From positions 620,340 through 684,339 of the forward strand of contig JBKBYA010000001.1 of assembly GCA_046313635.1 (NCBI GenBank): DNA of 64,000 bases, read 5' to 3'. Position 1 is the first letter of the stretch; each line of letters starts with the position of its first letter. This document shows positions 34,803 to 44,556 of the stretch, piece after piece. The translations under genes were made by a program, and so were the position numbers. The stretch comes from Pyrinomonadaceae bacterium. Lineage in GTDB: Bacteria > Acidobacteriota > Blastocatellia > Pyrinomonadales > Pyrinomonadaceae. Under the pieces are notes generated by a model. It had not been told where the DNA came from. It searched no databases and saw only the letters and a program-made list of their open reading frames with translations.

Positions 34803-34967
34803 ATGGAATCGATACTGTGGTTTTTAGGACTCGGCGCGATCTGGCTGCTGCTGCAGCTCGTGATCCTGCCAAAACTGGGAATACCGACCTGAATGCGCGG
34901 GGCTTGCGACGCCGGTCGGCGTCATCGAGAGGACCAACGCGCTCAGAGCGGCGAAGAAAAGGACTAA
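34803..34967 (+). CDS. Small single-TM protein, candidate selenoprotein (54 aa with Sec30; 29 aa if TGA is a stop)
   Basis: MESILWFLGLGAIWLLLQLVILPKLGIPT-TGA(34890)-MRGACDAGRRHREDQRAQSGEEKD-TAA; AAGGAG upstream; fills the operon gap; SECIS-like hairpin follows. Confidence 0.7.
34903..34929 (+). promoter_or_regulatory. Putative bacterial SECIS element
   Basis: CUUG-c-GACGCC-GGUC-GGCGUC-au-CGAG; apical GGUC loop 22-25 nt after the UGA. Confidence 0.62.
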
Positions 34968-34976
34968 GGGGGAAGT

Positions 34977-35405
34977 ATGGAAAATTCAGCTGCGGAACGC
35001 GCGGTAAAAAAGACCAAATACGGATCGGCCCGCGAGGTGCCGGCGGCCTTTGACGAGGCCGTCGAGCGGACACGCGAGGCCTTGAAGGGCGAGGGGTTTG
35101 GCGTCTTGTCCGAGATCAGGATGGACGAGAAGTTCAAGGAGAAGCTCGGCGTCGATTTTCGCAAGTATGTGATACTCGGCGCCTGCAACCCGCCGCTTGC
35201 ATACAAGACCGTGCAGGAGGATTTGAACATCGGCCTGCTGCTGCCGTGCAACGTTGTCGTCTACGAGTCGGACGACGGTGCCGGATCGGTCGTGGCCGCG
35301 ATCGACGCAAAAGCGATGATGTCGGTCGTCGGAGACAGCCCGGAGATCGTCGGGGTCGCCGAGGAAGTCAACGAGAAGCTGCAGCGCGTGATCGAGCGGA
35401 TCTGA
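34977..35405 (+). CDS. DUF302 family protein
   Basis: GFGVLSEI, YVILGACNP, IGLLLPCNVVV. Confidence 0.92.
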   Translation: MENSAAERAVKKTKYGSAREVPAAFDEAVERTREALKGEGFGVLSEIRMDEKFKEKLGVDFRKYVILGACNPPLAYKTVQEDLNIGLLLPCNVVVYESDDGAGSVVAAIDAKAMMSVVGDSPEIVGVAEEVNEKLQRVIERI

Positions 35406-35444
35406 GATCGCGATCGGCTTGCCGGACGCATTAGGAGTTGTAAG

Positions 35445-35993
35445 TTGGAAGCAAGCACTGAAAAAAGGCCGGCATGGCGCCGGCGGGTGGCCGAATGGCT
35501 TGGTTATGCGGCGCTTTTTGCGGCAGTACTTTTCTTTTTCGGGCCCGAGTCTTGGTGGCAGTTTGGCGTATCGCCGGTCGCCGAGCGGCGGGCGACGTCG
35601 TCGTTCACTCTGCCAAAGCTCGGCGGCGGCGAATGGAGACTATCGGAGTCGCGAGGGCGCGTCGTGGTCGTCAACTACTGGGCGACCTGGTGCCCGCCGT
35701 GCAGGATAGAGATGCCCGGGCTCGTCAGCTTCGCGAATGAGTATGGACCAAAGGGCGTCGACGTGGTCGGCGTAACGGTCGACGACGACCTCGCGCTCGT
35801 CCCTCCTTTTGCGGAGAAATACGGGATACCGTATCCGATACTTACTCCCGGGACCGACCCGAACGCGGGCGGCGAGATGGCCTTGCCGACGACCTTTCTC
35901 TACGACAAGCAAGGCAGGCTCGCCAAGAAGTATACGGGGATCGTTCTCGAGTCGACGCTCGGTTCGGATGTAGAGAAACTGCTCGCGGAGTAG
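35445..35993 (+). CDS. TlpA-like thiol-disulfide reductase, membrane anchored
   Basis: N-terminal TM, VNYWATWCPPCRIEMP, LPTTF; TTG start after AGGAG. Confidence 0.88.
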   Translation: MEASTEKRPAWRRRVAEWLGYAALFAAVLFFFGPESWWQFGVSPVAERRATSSFTLPKLGGGEWRLSESRGRVVVVNYWATWCPPCRIEMPGLVSFANEYGPKGVDVVGVTVDDDLALVPPFAEKYGIPYPILTPGTDPNAGGEMALPTTFLYDKQGRLAKKYTGIVLESTLGSDVEKLLAE

Positions 35994-36049
35994 CGGCCGA
36001 CGCGTGGGCGGTCCGGTCGGTCGGCCGACCCTCGTCGACAGATCATTTA

Positions 36050-36220
36050 CCCGCGAAAATACGCGAAACGGAGCGAAGCGGCAGAAGTATCGTGGCCGCG
36101 GATAGACGCTGATAACGCGGATACAGGAAAGAGAATGCTCCTATTCCTTCCTGATCCGCGTTATCCGATCTTATCCGCGGTCAAATTGTTATTGGCTTTC
36201 GTTTCGCGTGTTTCGTGGGC
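36050..36220. repeat. Nested double inverted repeat built from ~9-bp units
   Basis: Outer cccgcgaaaatacgcgaaa / tttcgcgtgtttcgtggg; inner ccgcggatagacgctgataacgcggat / atccgcgttatccgatcttatccgcgg. Confidence 0.8.
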
Positions 36221-36227
36221 ATTTAAG

Positions 36228-36290
36228 AGCCCGCCCGCTTACGCGGGGCGGTTCTGACAAGCCCGCCCGCTTACGTGGGGCGGTTCTGAC
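36228..36290 (+). repeat. Two tandem 31-bp REP-like repeats
   Basis: agcccgcccgcttacgYggggcggttctgac twice (one mismatch); related copies at 52594-52628, 52840-52875, 52889-52924. Confidence 0.88.
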
Positions 36291-37631
36291 TTAGATCTCT
36301 TTTTGGGCGAGCTCGCCCCAGCGCTGGACGTATCGTCGGCGGTATGCGGGCGAGACCTTGACCGATTCGACGGCCTGCTCAAAGAGTTCGCGGGCGGCGT
36401 CCTGGCGGCCTTCGCCCTTGATCGCCTTGCCGAGGTAGTAGAGGCCTTCGGCGTCGAACGGGCGGCGGAGTTTGAACCTCTCAAGTGCCTCGCGCGCTTC
36501 GCTGAACATCGACGCCGCAAGATACGTCGCGCCGATCTCGCGCCATATCTCGTTGAGAGAGTGCGTGTCGTCCTGCTCGACGACGATCGAGAAATGGTCG
36601 AGCGCCTTTTGCAGGTCGCCGCCGACGCGCGCCATCCGGCCAAGTTCGTAATTGGCCTCGATCTCGCGCGGGTCGATCTCGAGTGCCTTTTTCAGATGTT
36701 CAAGAGCTTTCCTCTGCTGGTGGCGAAACCGGTAGACGTGCGCGAGCTGAACGTGAGCGTCGGCGTTGCTCGGGTTGGTGGCGATCTCGTGCAGCAGGCG
36801 TTTGTAATTTTGTCTCGGCAGGACGGACTTTTTGAATTCGCTGAACTGCGCGTCCACGCTGCCGCGGAAATAGACAAAGGCGTACAGCACGATCAGCGGC
36901 ATAAAAAACACCGCTGGGACAAACGCGAAGACGAAGTGCGCGAGACAAAACGCGACCGAGCCGACCGCGACGACGGGCACCGCAGTCCGAAGAGAGGCTC
37001 CGAGAGCGGTCCGCAAAACGAACACGCTGAAGAACGCAAAGAGCAGTCCGCTCGCGGCCCACATCGTCAGATAGACGATCGGGTCCACGGCCGCTCCCGA
37101 CAAAATGAGCGCCGCTGCCGCGATCGCGAAAGGCAGGTGTGCCGCCGCCCACATCGTGAGCGTGCATGTGGCGAGCGTCCCGTATTCGCGTGCGATCACA
37201 TCGCCGTAGCTCCCGATTTTGCTGACGAGCGAGAGCAGAAAGACGCACAGCGGCAAAAAGAAGATCGACACCCCGATCAGCGGCCGCAGCATCTCTGCCG
37301 GCTCAAAGGTGAAATAGACAAAGAACGCGTCGCCGACAAAAGGAATGCGCGGGCGAGCGGCCTCGGCCGTATTGGGTCCTGCTGCAGCGTCCTCGCGCTT
37401 TGCGGCGCTCGCCTCGGCCGGCCCGCCGGCGACCTGCTCGGCAGCGACAAGATCCGCAAGGTCGTTGAGCTTGTACGCGGCGTCGAGCTGACGGTTGACC
37501 GTAAAGGAGAACGCGGCCGACACGACGACGACAAGCGCGACCGAGAACGCCCAGCTGCCGCGGTCCATCAGATCGCTGACAGCCGCGCCGGGGCGTCCGT
37601 ACACCCGGAGGAAAAGCTTTAAGTTGTTCAT
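36291..37631 (-). CDS. Multi-TM membrane protein with C-terminal TPR repeats
   Basis: Hydrophobic Yip1-like N-terminal region; NPSNADAHVQLA, ALEIDP..ANYELG, EGLYYLG. Confidence 0.82.
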   Translation of the reverse strand: MNNLKLFLRVYGRPGAAVSDLMDRGSWAFSVALVVVVSAAFSFTVNRQLDAAYKLNDLADLVAAEQVAGGPAEASAAKREDAAAGPNTAEAARPRIPFVGDAFFVYFTFEPAEMLRPLIGVSIFFLPLCVFLLSLVSKIGSYGDVIAREYGTLATCTLTMWAAAHLPFAIAAAALILSGAAVDPIVYLTMWAASGLLFAFFSVFVLRTALGASLRTAVPVVAVGSVAFCLAHFVFAFVPAVFFMPLIVLYAFVYFRGSVDAQFSEFKKSVLPRQNYKRLLHEIATNPSNADAHVQLAHVYRFRHQQRKALEHLKKALEIDPREIEANYELGRMARVGGDLQKALDHFSIVVEQDDTHSLNEIWREIGATYLAASMFSEAREALERFKLRRPFDAEGLYYLGKAIKGEGRQDAARELFEQAVESVKVSPAYRRRYVQRWGELAQKEI

Positions 37632-37777
37632 ACTTCGAACGTGAAAGAAAAGGGTGAGCGAAGGAGATTCGCAGGTTCAGGCTAGCGAGCGGTAAAAGCG
37701 GTGTCAAGTTTTGAATGCACGGTTTATCGAGTAAAATCGGGCTTTCAGCGATCCTAAATTTTTTATAAACCAGAAAG

Positions 37778-39184
37778 ATGTCAGAAACAGCAGAGAAAGC
37801 GACAGCGACGCGGATCGAGACCGACTCGATGGGCGAGATCGAGGTACCGGCAAATGTCTATTGGGGAGCGCAGACGCAGCGTTCGCTCAAGCACTTCAAT
37901 ATCGGATCCGACGTGATGCCGCGCGAGGTCATCCGCGCGCTCGGCATACTGAAAAAAGCTGCGGCGATCGTCAACTTCGATCTCGGCAAGCTGCCCGAGG
38001 ACAAGATGAGGCTCATCGTCCAGGCCGCCGACGAGGTGATCGACGGAAAGCTCGACGCACACTTTCCGCTGCGCGTGTGGCAGACCGGCTCGGGCACGCA
38101 GACCAATATGAACGCGAACGAGGTCATCTCAAACCGCGCGATCGAGATCGCCGGCGGCGTGATGGGCTCGAAGACGCCGATCCACCCCAACGACGACGTC
38201 AACAAGTCGCAATCGTCCAACGATACCTTTCCGACCGCGATGTATATCGCCGCCGCCGAGCGGCTGACGGCGCTGATCCCCGAAGTGCAAAAGGTCAGCG
38301 ACGCGATCAAGGCAAAGTCGCGCGAGTTTGAGGGCGTCGTCAAGATCGGGCGCACGCACCTGCAGGACGCGACGCCGGTCACGGTCTCGCAGGAGTTCAA
38401 CGGCTGGGCAAGTCTGATCGATCGCGACATCGAGCGGCTGCGGATGGTTTTGCCGGGACTGATGGACCTCGCGATCGGCGGCACCGCGGTGGGCACGGGT
38501 CTCAACGCGCATCCGGAATTTGCTGAGCGTGCCGCGGCCAAGATCGCCGAGCTCACCGGACTGCCTTTCAAATCGCATCCGGACAAGTTTGCCGCGCTGT
38601 CTGCGCATGACGAGCTGGTCTTTGCGTCGGGAGCGCTCAAGACGCTTGCGGCAAGCCTGATGAAGATCGCCAACGACATTCGATGGCTTGCCTCGGGCCC
38701 GCGATGCGGCATCGGAGAGATAACGCTGCCCGAGAACGAGCCCGGTTCGTCGATCATGCCGGGCAAAGTGAATCCTACGCAGAGCGAGGCGATGACGATG
38801 GTCGCCGTGCAGGTCTTTGGCAACGACGCGGCGATCGGGTTTGCGGGCTCGCAGGGCAATTTTGAGCTCAACGTTTTTAAGCCGGTGATGATCCACAACT
38901 TTCTTCACTCGGTGCGGCTCATCCACGACGCGTGTCACGGCTTTGTCGATTACTGCATCGCGGGAATCGAGCTCAATCGCGAGAATATCGACCATTACCT
39001 GCGAAACTCTCTCATGCTCGTCACCGCGCTCAACCAGCACATCGGCTACGACAACGCCGCAAAGATCGCCAAGAACGCGCACAAGAAAGGCATCTCGCTG
39101 AAGGAATCGGCCGTCGAGCTCGGTCTGCTGACGGCCGAGAGATTCGACGAGCTCGTCCGCGCCGAAGATATGACGCACCCGTAA
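37778..39184 (+). CDS. fumC: Class II fumarate hydratase
   Basis: [31 protein letters not shown]. Confidence 0.97.
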   Translation: MSETAEKATATRIETDSMGEIEVPANVYWGAQTQRSLKHFNIGSDVMPREVIRALGILKKAAAIVNFDLGKLPEDKMRLIVQAADEVIDGKLDAHFPLRVWQTGSGTQTNMNANEVISNRAIEIAGGVMGSKTPIHPNDDVNKSQSSNDTFPTAMYIAAAERLTALIPEVQKVSDAIKAKSREFEGVVKIGRTHLQDATPVTVSQEFNGWASLIDRDIERLRMVLPGLMDLAIGGTAVGTGLNAHPEFAERAAAKIAELTGLPFKSHPDKFAALSAHDELVFASGALKTLAASLMKIANDIRWLASGPRCGIGEITLPENEPGSSIMPGKVNPTQSEAMTMVAVQVFGNDAAIGFAGSQGNFELNVFKPVMIHNFLHSVRLIHDACHGFVDYCIAGIELNRENIDHYLRNSLMLVTALNQHIGYDNAAKIAKNAHKKGISLKESAVELGLLTAERFDELVRAEDMTHP

Positions 39185-39383
39185 AGCCGGCGGCAGGCGT
39201 AAAGATGCACTACGCGGCTGAGCTGCGGTCTGTTTACATTAAGGTGCGGTGCAAAAGGGCCGAAGCGGCGCGCAAAAGCGCTTCGCTTCGGCCCCGAGGC
39301 GCGCCTGGCCGCACTGTCAGAATCCGTACAGACTTTCGGCGCCGGAAGTGCGACAATGAACGCACGATATTTCGCTTCCGGTT

Positions 39384-39827
39384 ATGGAAAACGCTGCGGC
39401 AAACCTCGACAATTCTCCCGCCGAAAGACACTCCTCGATCCTCGTCGTCGAGGACAGCAAAGACTCTCGCGAGATGTTGACCGAGCTGCTGCGGACGAGC
39501 GATCCCGGCTACATCGTGACGGCGGTCGAGACCGCGGCCGAGGCGCTCGCGCTGGATAAGCCGGGCAGGTTTGACCTGTACATTCTGGATATCTGGCTGC
39601 CGGGAATGGACGGGATCAGCCTCTGCCGCCGCCTGCGCGAGCGCGGGCGGACCGAGCCGATACTCTTCTTTTCGGCGATGGTCCAGCCGAACGACAAGGA
39701 CTATGTCTTAAAGGCCGGCGCGGACGAGTTCCTGATCAAGCCCAGAGATCTCGACCTCTTTTTGCCGACCGTGAGGCGTCTGCTGCAGCAGTCGGTCGAT
39801 CAAAAACCGGAGCCCTCCGCCCGATAA
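39384..39827 (+). CDS. Stand-alone response regulator receiver
   Basis: ILVVED, ILDIWLPGMDG, FSA, FLIKP. Confidence 0.88.
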   Translation: MENAAANLDNSPAERHSSILVVEDSKDSREMLTELLRTSDPGYIVTAVETAAEALALDKPGRFDLYILDIWLPGMDGISLCRRLRERGRTEPILFFSAMVQPNDKDYVLKAGADEFLIKPRDLDLFLPTVRRLLQQSVDQKPEPSAR

Positions 39828-40147
39828 GCAAGGTACAAATAAACGGCCAGCAGCACTATCGCCGCCGCGGCCGCGACGATGGCGATGCCGATAAGGAGCA
39901 GCAGCCAAGCTGCGGTGCGCCTGCCGGCCGAGGGACGCTCCCTTCTCTCTTCGACGGCCGATCCGCTCTCACCCGCGGGCCCTTTGGCGCCCGTCACATT
40001 TACACCCAGCCGCCGCGGGAGCGTGCCGCCGCTCGACTGTCGAAAGACCGGCTCCGGCATTGTCCAGCCGTCCGCGGGCTTGTCGACCGGTCGGGTCGGG
40101 ACGTCGTCCTCGTTAGGCTCGTGCGCCGCTGCTGTTTTGTCCGTCAT
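39800..40147 (-). CDS. Small membrane protein with C-terminal TM
   Basis: GWTMPEPVFRQSSG then one long hydrophobic helix; follows the CBS gene. Confidence 0.6.
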   Translation of the reverse strand: MTDKTAAAHEPNEDDVPTRPVDKPADGWTMPEPVFRQSSGGTLPRRLGVNVTGAKGPAGESGSAVEERRERPSAGRRTAAWLLLLIGIAIVAAAAAIVLLAVYLYLAYRAEGSGF

Positions 40148-40158
40148 CGCTTGCCGAA

Positions 40159-41526
40159 TTATCGCTGCAGGTCGAGCACGTCAGATCGCGTGATGATGCC
40201 CGTGATCCGCTTAAAGTCTTCGATCAAGACCGCCGGCGAACGCTGCAGCATCGATCTGATCTCGTTCAGACTCGCGTCCACCTCGACCACCGGAAAGCTC
40301 TCGTCCATCACGTCCCTCACCGGTGCGTTGAGCAGCTCGCGGTCGCTGAGCAGCTTTGTCAGCACGTGGCTCTCGCGCAGGCTGCCAACCGAGCGGTGAT
40401 CGTCGAGGACGGGAAGCTGCGTGATGCCGTTCTCGGTCATTCGGGTCAGGGCCTGGCCGACCGTCTCCTCGGGCGAGACGTAAACGAGCTCGGCGGGCGA
40501 ACTGCCGTTCTTGGTCTCGTTGATGAGACCGGCCGTGATGCGCTGCGGCTCGAGCAGGAGCTTTTCTTTCATCCACTCGTCCGAATGGAATTTCGACAGG
40601 TAATGCTCGCCCGTGTCGCAGACGATAAAGACGACGACCGCGCTCTCGTCGAGGTCCTTTGCGACCTTGAGGGCCGCGGCGAGATTGGTGCCGGTCGAGC
40701 CGCCGCAAAAGATGCCCTCGCGGCGCGAGAGCTGCCGTGCGAGGTCAAACGACTCGCGATCGGTGACGTTGATGATCTCGTCGATCACGCTCATATCGGC
40801 GTTCCCGACCGGCAGCGATTGACCGATGCCCTCGACGAGATAGGGCGTGGCCTCGGGCACGAAGCCCGAGTCTTTGTACGTCTTAAAGATCGAGCCGTAG
40901 GGGTCGGCGCCGATGATCTTGATCTCGGGATTCTTCTCTTTGAGATAGCGGCCCGTACCGCTGATCGTGCCGCCCGTGCCGATGCCTGCGACAAAGTGGG
41001 TGATCTTGCCGTCGGTGTCGTTCCAGACCTCGGGCCCGGTCGTGCGATAGTGCGCGGCCGGGTTTGCCGGGTGCGAGTACTGGTCGGGATAGAACGAGTT
41101 CGGCGTCGCGGCCGCGATACGCTTGGCGGTCTCGTGATAATGATCGGGCGTGCCGTGCTTGGCGGCGGCGGGGCAGACGACGATGTCGGCGCCGACGGCC
41201 TTTAGATAGCGCTGCTTCTCGACCGAGACCTTGTCGGTCAGGACAAAGATGCACTTGTAGCCGCGGACGGCCGCGGTGAGAGCGAGGCCGATGCCCGTAT
41301 TGCCGCTGGTCGCCTCGATGATCGTGCCGCCGGGCTTAAGGACGCCTTCTTTTTCGGCCCAATCGATCATCGAGATGCCGATGCGGTCCTTGACCGAGTA
41401 GCCGGGATTCAGGCTCTCCATCTTGGCAAAGATCTGTGCCTTGACGCCGTGCTGGCGCGTGATGTGATTTACTTTGACGAGCGGCGTGCCGCCGATAAGC
41501 TCTAATACGTTCTGGTAGAATTTCAT
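40159..41526 (-). CDS. Cystathionine beta-synthase family PLP enzyme with CBS domains
   Basis: [32 protein letters not shown]-terminal CBS pair. Confidence 0.93.
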   Translation of the reverse strand: MKFYQNVLELIGGTPLVKVNHITRQHGVKAQIFAKMESLNPGYSVKDRIGISMIDWAEKEGVLKPGGTIIEATSGNTGIGLALTAAVRGYKCIFVLTDKVSVEKQRYLKAVGADIVVCPAAAKHGTPDHYHETAKRIAAATPNSFYPDQYSHPANPAAHYRTTGPEVWNDTDGKITHFVAGIGTGGTISGTGRYLKEKNPEIKIIGADPYGSIFKTYKDSGFVPEATPYLVEGIGQSLPVGNADMSVIDEIINVTDRESFDLARQLSRREGIFCGGSTGTNLAAALKVAKDLDESAVVVFIVCDTGEHYLSKFHSDEWMKEKLLLEPQRITAGLINETKNGSSPAELVYVSPEETVGQALTRMTENGITQLPVLDDHRSVGSLRESHVLTKLLSDRELLNAPVRDVMDESFPVVEVDASLNEIRSMLQRSPAVLIEDFKRITGIITRSDVLDLQR

Positions 41527-41656
41527 CGCTTGTTAAAATGCCTGCTATAAAGATCGTCTATTATTCGATAATCTTAGCCCCGAATCGATTCACTGCAAAA
41601 CTGAAACGCTTTTGCGCGCATCTGCGTAGTATCGGCCGCGGCATGCCGCATCGATC

Positions 41657-42964
41657 ATGAAAAGTATTTACCTGTTGATATTGCTCCTCGCGTCGGCCGC
41701 GGCCGGTCTCGCACAAAGCCCGGCGTCACCGGTGGCCGCCGCGCAGATCGCGCCGGAGACGGCCGCCGGCGCGGCGGACCGGGTCCGGCTCGAGACCTTT
41801 GAAAAGGTCTGGACGACGATCAACGAGCGCCACTACGACCCGACCTTCGGCGGCGTCGACTGGAGCAAGGTGCGCGAGATCTACCTGCCCAAGGCCCGCG
41901 CCGCAAAGACCGACGACGAGCTGCACGCGATCCTGCGGCGAATGCTCGGCGAGCTGCACCTGTCGCACTTTGGGATCTTTCCAAAAGAGATCGCAACGCG
42001 GGCCGCGGGCTCGGCCGGGATCGGCGTCGAGCTGAAGATGATCGGCGGCGACGCCGTCGTCTGGCGCGTCGACCCGTCGTCGACGGCCGCGGCCGCGGGG
42101 CTCAAGCCCGGAGCTGTCGTGCGCGGCGTCGACGGCAAACAGGTGAGCGAGATCCTCAAGCCGCTCGAAGATTCGTTCGCCGGCCGGCAGCTGTCCGAGA
42201 GGCTTAAGCGTGTCTACCGCGAGCGTACGATCGAGGCCGCGATATCCGGAGCGCCCGAGACGCCGGTCTCGCTCGTCATCGTTGACGAACGAGACATGGA
42301 GAGAAAGGTCGAGGCCGTCAGAAAGCGCTTCGAGGGCGAGCTGTCGCAGCCGCTCGGCAACTTTCCGGCGCAGCAGGTGATCTTTGAATCGCGGCGGCTC
42401 GAGGGCAATATCGGCTACATCAGATTCAATATGTGGGTGATGCCGCAGATCCAGAAGATCCGTACCGCCGTGCGCGAGTTTGCCGATGCGCGCGGGATCA
42501 TATTCGACCTTCGCGGCAATCCGGGCGGCATCGGCGGCATCGCTTCGGCGGTGGCGGGCATGCTGAGCGAAAAGGACTTTTCGCTAGGGTCGATGACGAG
42601 CCGCAGCGGTACGATCAGGTTCGCCGTCTTCCCGCAAAAAGAGCCCTTCCTCGGCAAGGTCGCGATACTGACCGATCACGGCACAGGCTCGACGAGCGAG
42701 GTCTTTGCCGCCGGGATGCAGGAGGCAGGCCGGGCCGTGATCGTCGGCGAAACAAGCGCGGGCGCGGTGCTGCCGTCGGTGTTTGAAAAGCTGCCGACCG
42801 GGGCGATCTTTCAATACGTCGTCTCTGATTATCGCTCGCCAAAGAACATCTTGATCGAGGGACGCGGCGTAAAGCCCGACATAGAGGTCGCGGCGGATCG
42901 CGCCGCTCTGCTCGCCGGCCGCGATGCGCAGCTCGAGGCGGCCGTGTCGTACATCACGAAATAG
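41657..42964 (+). CDS. S41 family peptidase with PDZ domain
   Basis: Signal peptide, GIGVEL, DLRGNPGG, TGSTSEVFA, GETSAG, EGRGVKPD. Confidence 0.9.
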   Translation: MKSIYLLILLLASAAAGLAQSPASPVAAAQIAPETAAGAADRVRLETFEKVWTTINERHYDPTFGGVDWSKVREIYLPKARAAKTDDELHAILRRMLGELHLSHFGIFPKEIATRAAGSAGIGVELKMIGGDAVVWRVDPSSTAAAAGLKPGAVVRGVDGKQVSEILKPLEDSFAGRQLSERLKRVYRERTIEAAISGAPETPVSLVIVDERDMERKVEAVRKRFEGELSQPLGNFPAQQVIFESRRLEGNIGYIRFNMWVMPQIQKIRTAVREFADARGIIFDLRGNPGGIGGIASAVAGMLSEKDFSLGSMTSRSGTIRFAVFPQKEPFLGKVAILTDHGTGSTSEVFAAGMQEAGRAVIVGETSAGAVLPSVFEKLPTGAIFQYVVSDYRSPKNILIEGRGVKPDIEVAADRAALLAGRDAQLEAAVSYITK

Positions 42965-42992
42965 CGCCGAAGAGCGCGTGAACTATCCAAAT

Positions 42993-43775
42993 ATGAAACA
43001 AGCGATCTTATTATTCACCGTCAGTCTCGCGCTGGCCGCCGTCGCCGCTGCGCAGTCAAGCGAGCCTGCAAAGCCCGCGGCCTCGGCCGCAGCTGCTCCG
43101 ACGCCGTCAAAGCTCCCGACGGCCGCCGAGATCTTGAATAAATACGTGGCTGCCATCGGCGGCCGCGACGCCAATCTCAAGATCAGGTCGTGGCAGATGA
43201 GCGGCACGGTCGAGTTCGCGCCGATGGGTTTGAAGGGTACCTTCGAGACACTCTCGGCGGCGCCCGACCGCAGCGTAATGCACATGACGATCTCCGGTCT
43301 CGGCAGCATCGCGCAGGGCTTTGACGGCAAAACGGCGTGGAGCATCAGCCCGCTCGACGGAATGCGCGAGCTGAGCGGCATCGAACTGCAGCAGATCAAG
43401 AGCGCGAGCAGCTTTTACAGACTCGTGAACCTCGCGCAAAACAGCGAGAAGTACACCGTCGCCGGCCCCGAAAAGCTCGGCGACAAGCAGGCATACGTCG
43501 TGACGTTGCCGGCCGAGGCCGAGGGACTATTTCCGACGAAGATGTACTTCGACACGGTGAGCGGCCATCTGCTGCGAATGGACGCGACCCAGGTCGGGCC
43601 GCAGGGCAATATCCCGACGACGACCTATTTTGATGAGATGAAGCTGGTCGACGGAGTGTATATCCCCGTAAGGTCGCGGACCACGTTCGGGCCGGCCGAG
43701 CTTGTTACGGTCGTGACGGTGGCAAAGAGCAACGTCGCGGTCGACGATGCAAAGTTCGCGAAGCCAAAGCAGTAG
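42993..43775 (+). CDS. Exported hypothetical protein (LolA-like fold suspected)
   Basis: Signal peptide; ILNKYVAAIGG, GFDGKTAW, YFDTVSGHLLR. Confidence 0.75.
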   Translation: MKQAILLFTVSLALAAVAAAQSSEPAKPAASAAAAPTPSKLPTAAEILNKYVAAIGGRDANLKIRSWQMSGTVEFAPMGLKGTFETLSAAPDRSVMHMTISGLGSIAQGFDGKTAWSISPLDGMRELSGIELQQIKSASSFYRLVNLAQNSEKYTVAGPEKLGDKQAYVVTLPAEAEGLFPTKMYFDTVSGHLLRMDATQVGPQGNIPTTTYFDEMKLVDGVYIPVRSRTTFGPAELVTVVTVAKSNVAVDDAKFAKPKQ

Positions 43776-43776
43776 G

Positions 43777-44556
43777 TCAGATGTCGCCGCGGCGGCGGGC
43801 GAGCATTTTTTCGGGATCGTTGGTGATTATCGCCTTCAATCCCATTTTTGCGCCGAGCGTGAGGTAATTTGGCGAGTCCACGGTCCAGACCGTGACGGGC
43901 ATTCCGGCACGGCCCGCTTCGGCTGCAAAGCGCGGCGTCGCGAGAGCGCGGTGCAGCGAGAGCTCGTCGGCGCCCATCTCGCGCGCGACGGTGAGAATGT
44001 GGCGCTTTTTGCCGACGACGGTCTCGATCACCGGAGCAAAAAGCGCCGCGGTTCGCACGTCGGGCAAAAGCACGCGCATCGTCGGGACCGCCGCGAGCCG
44101 AAAGCTTTTGACGATCGCACGCTCGAGCGCCGGCGAATCGGCGAGCGTGCCGGCGACGGCTCGGCAGAGCGGCCGCAGATCGGCGTCTTCGGATTTCAAT
44201 TCGACATAAAGGCGCCCGTCAAAGCCGGCGAGCAGGTCGAGGACGCTCGCGAGCGTCGGTACGCCTTCGCCGGCGAATTCATCATTCGCAAGCTTTGGCC
44301 GGGCGCGATTGAACCACGACCCGACGTCCGCGCGAGCAAGCTCGCGAGACGTAAGCTGCGACACGGCCTCGCGCCGGCCGGCGGTGCGTTCGAGGGTCGC
44401 ATCGTGGATCACGACCGGCACGCCGTCGGCCGCGAGACGCACGTCAAACTCGACGCCTTCAGCTCCGCACTCGGTCGCGCGTCTAAACGCTGCAAGCGTA
44501 TTCTCGGGGGCCGCGGCCGATGCTCCGCGATGGGCGATGATGAGCGGAGCGTTCAC
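43777..44556 (-). CDS. Glycerophosphodiester phosphodiesterase
   Basis: IIAHRGAS, PENT, EFDV, HDATLERT, ELK, WTVD, IITNDP; GTGA overlap with upstream stop. Confidence 0.92.
   Translation of the reverse strand: MNAPLIIAHRGASAAAPENTLAAFRRATECGAEGVEFDVRLAADGVPVVIHDATLERTAGRREAVSQLTSRELARADVGSWFNRARPKLANDEFAGEGVPTLASVLDLLAGFDGRLYVELKSEDADLRPLCRAVAGTLADSPALERAIVKSFRLAAVPTMRVLLPDVRTAALFAPVIETVVGKKRHILTVAREMGADELSLHRALATPRFAAEAGRAGMPVTVWTVDSPNYLTLGAKMGLKAIITNDPEKMLARRRGDI

Noticed and set aside
36228..36290. 31-bp direct repeats as a CRISPR array
   Set aside because: Only two copies 1 nt apart, no spacers, no cas genes; dispersed copies elsewhere indicate a REP-like repeat
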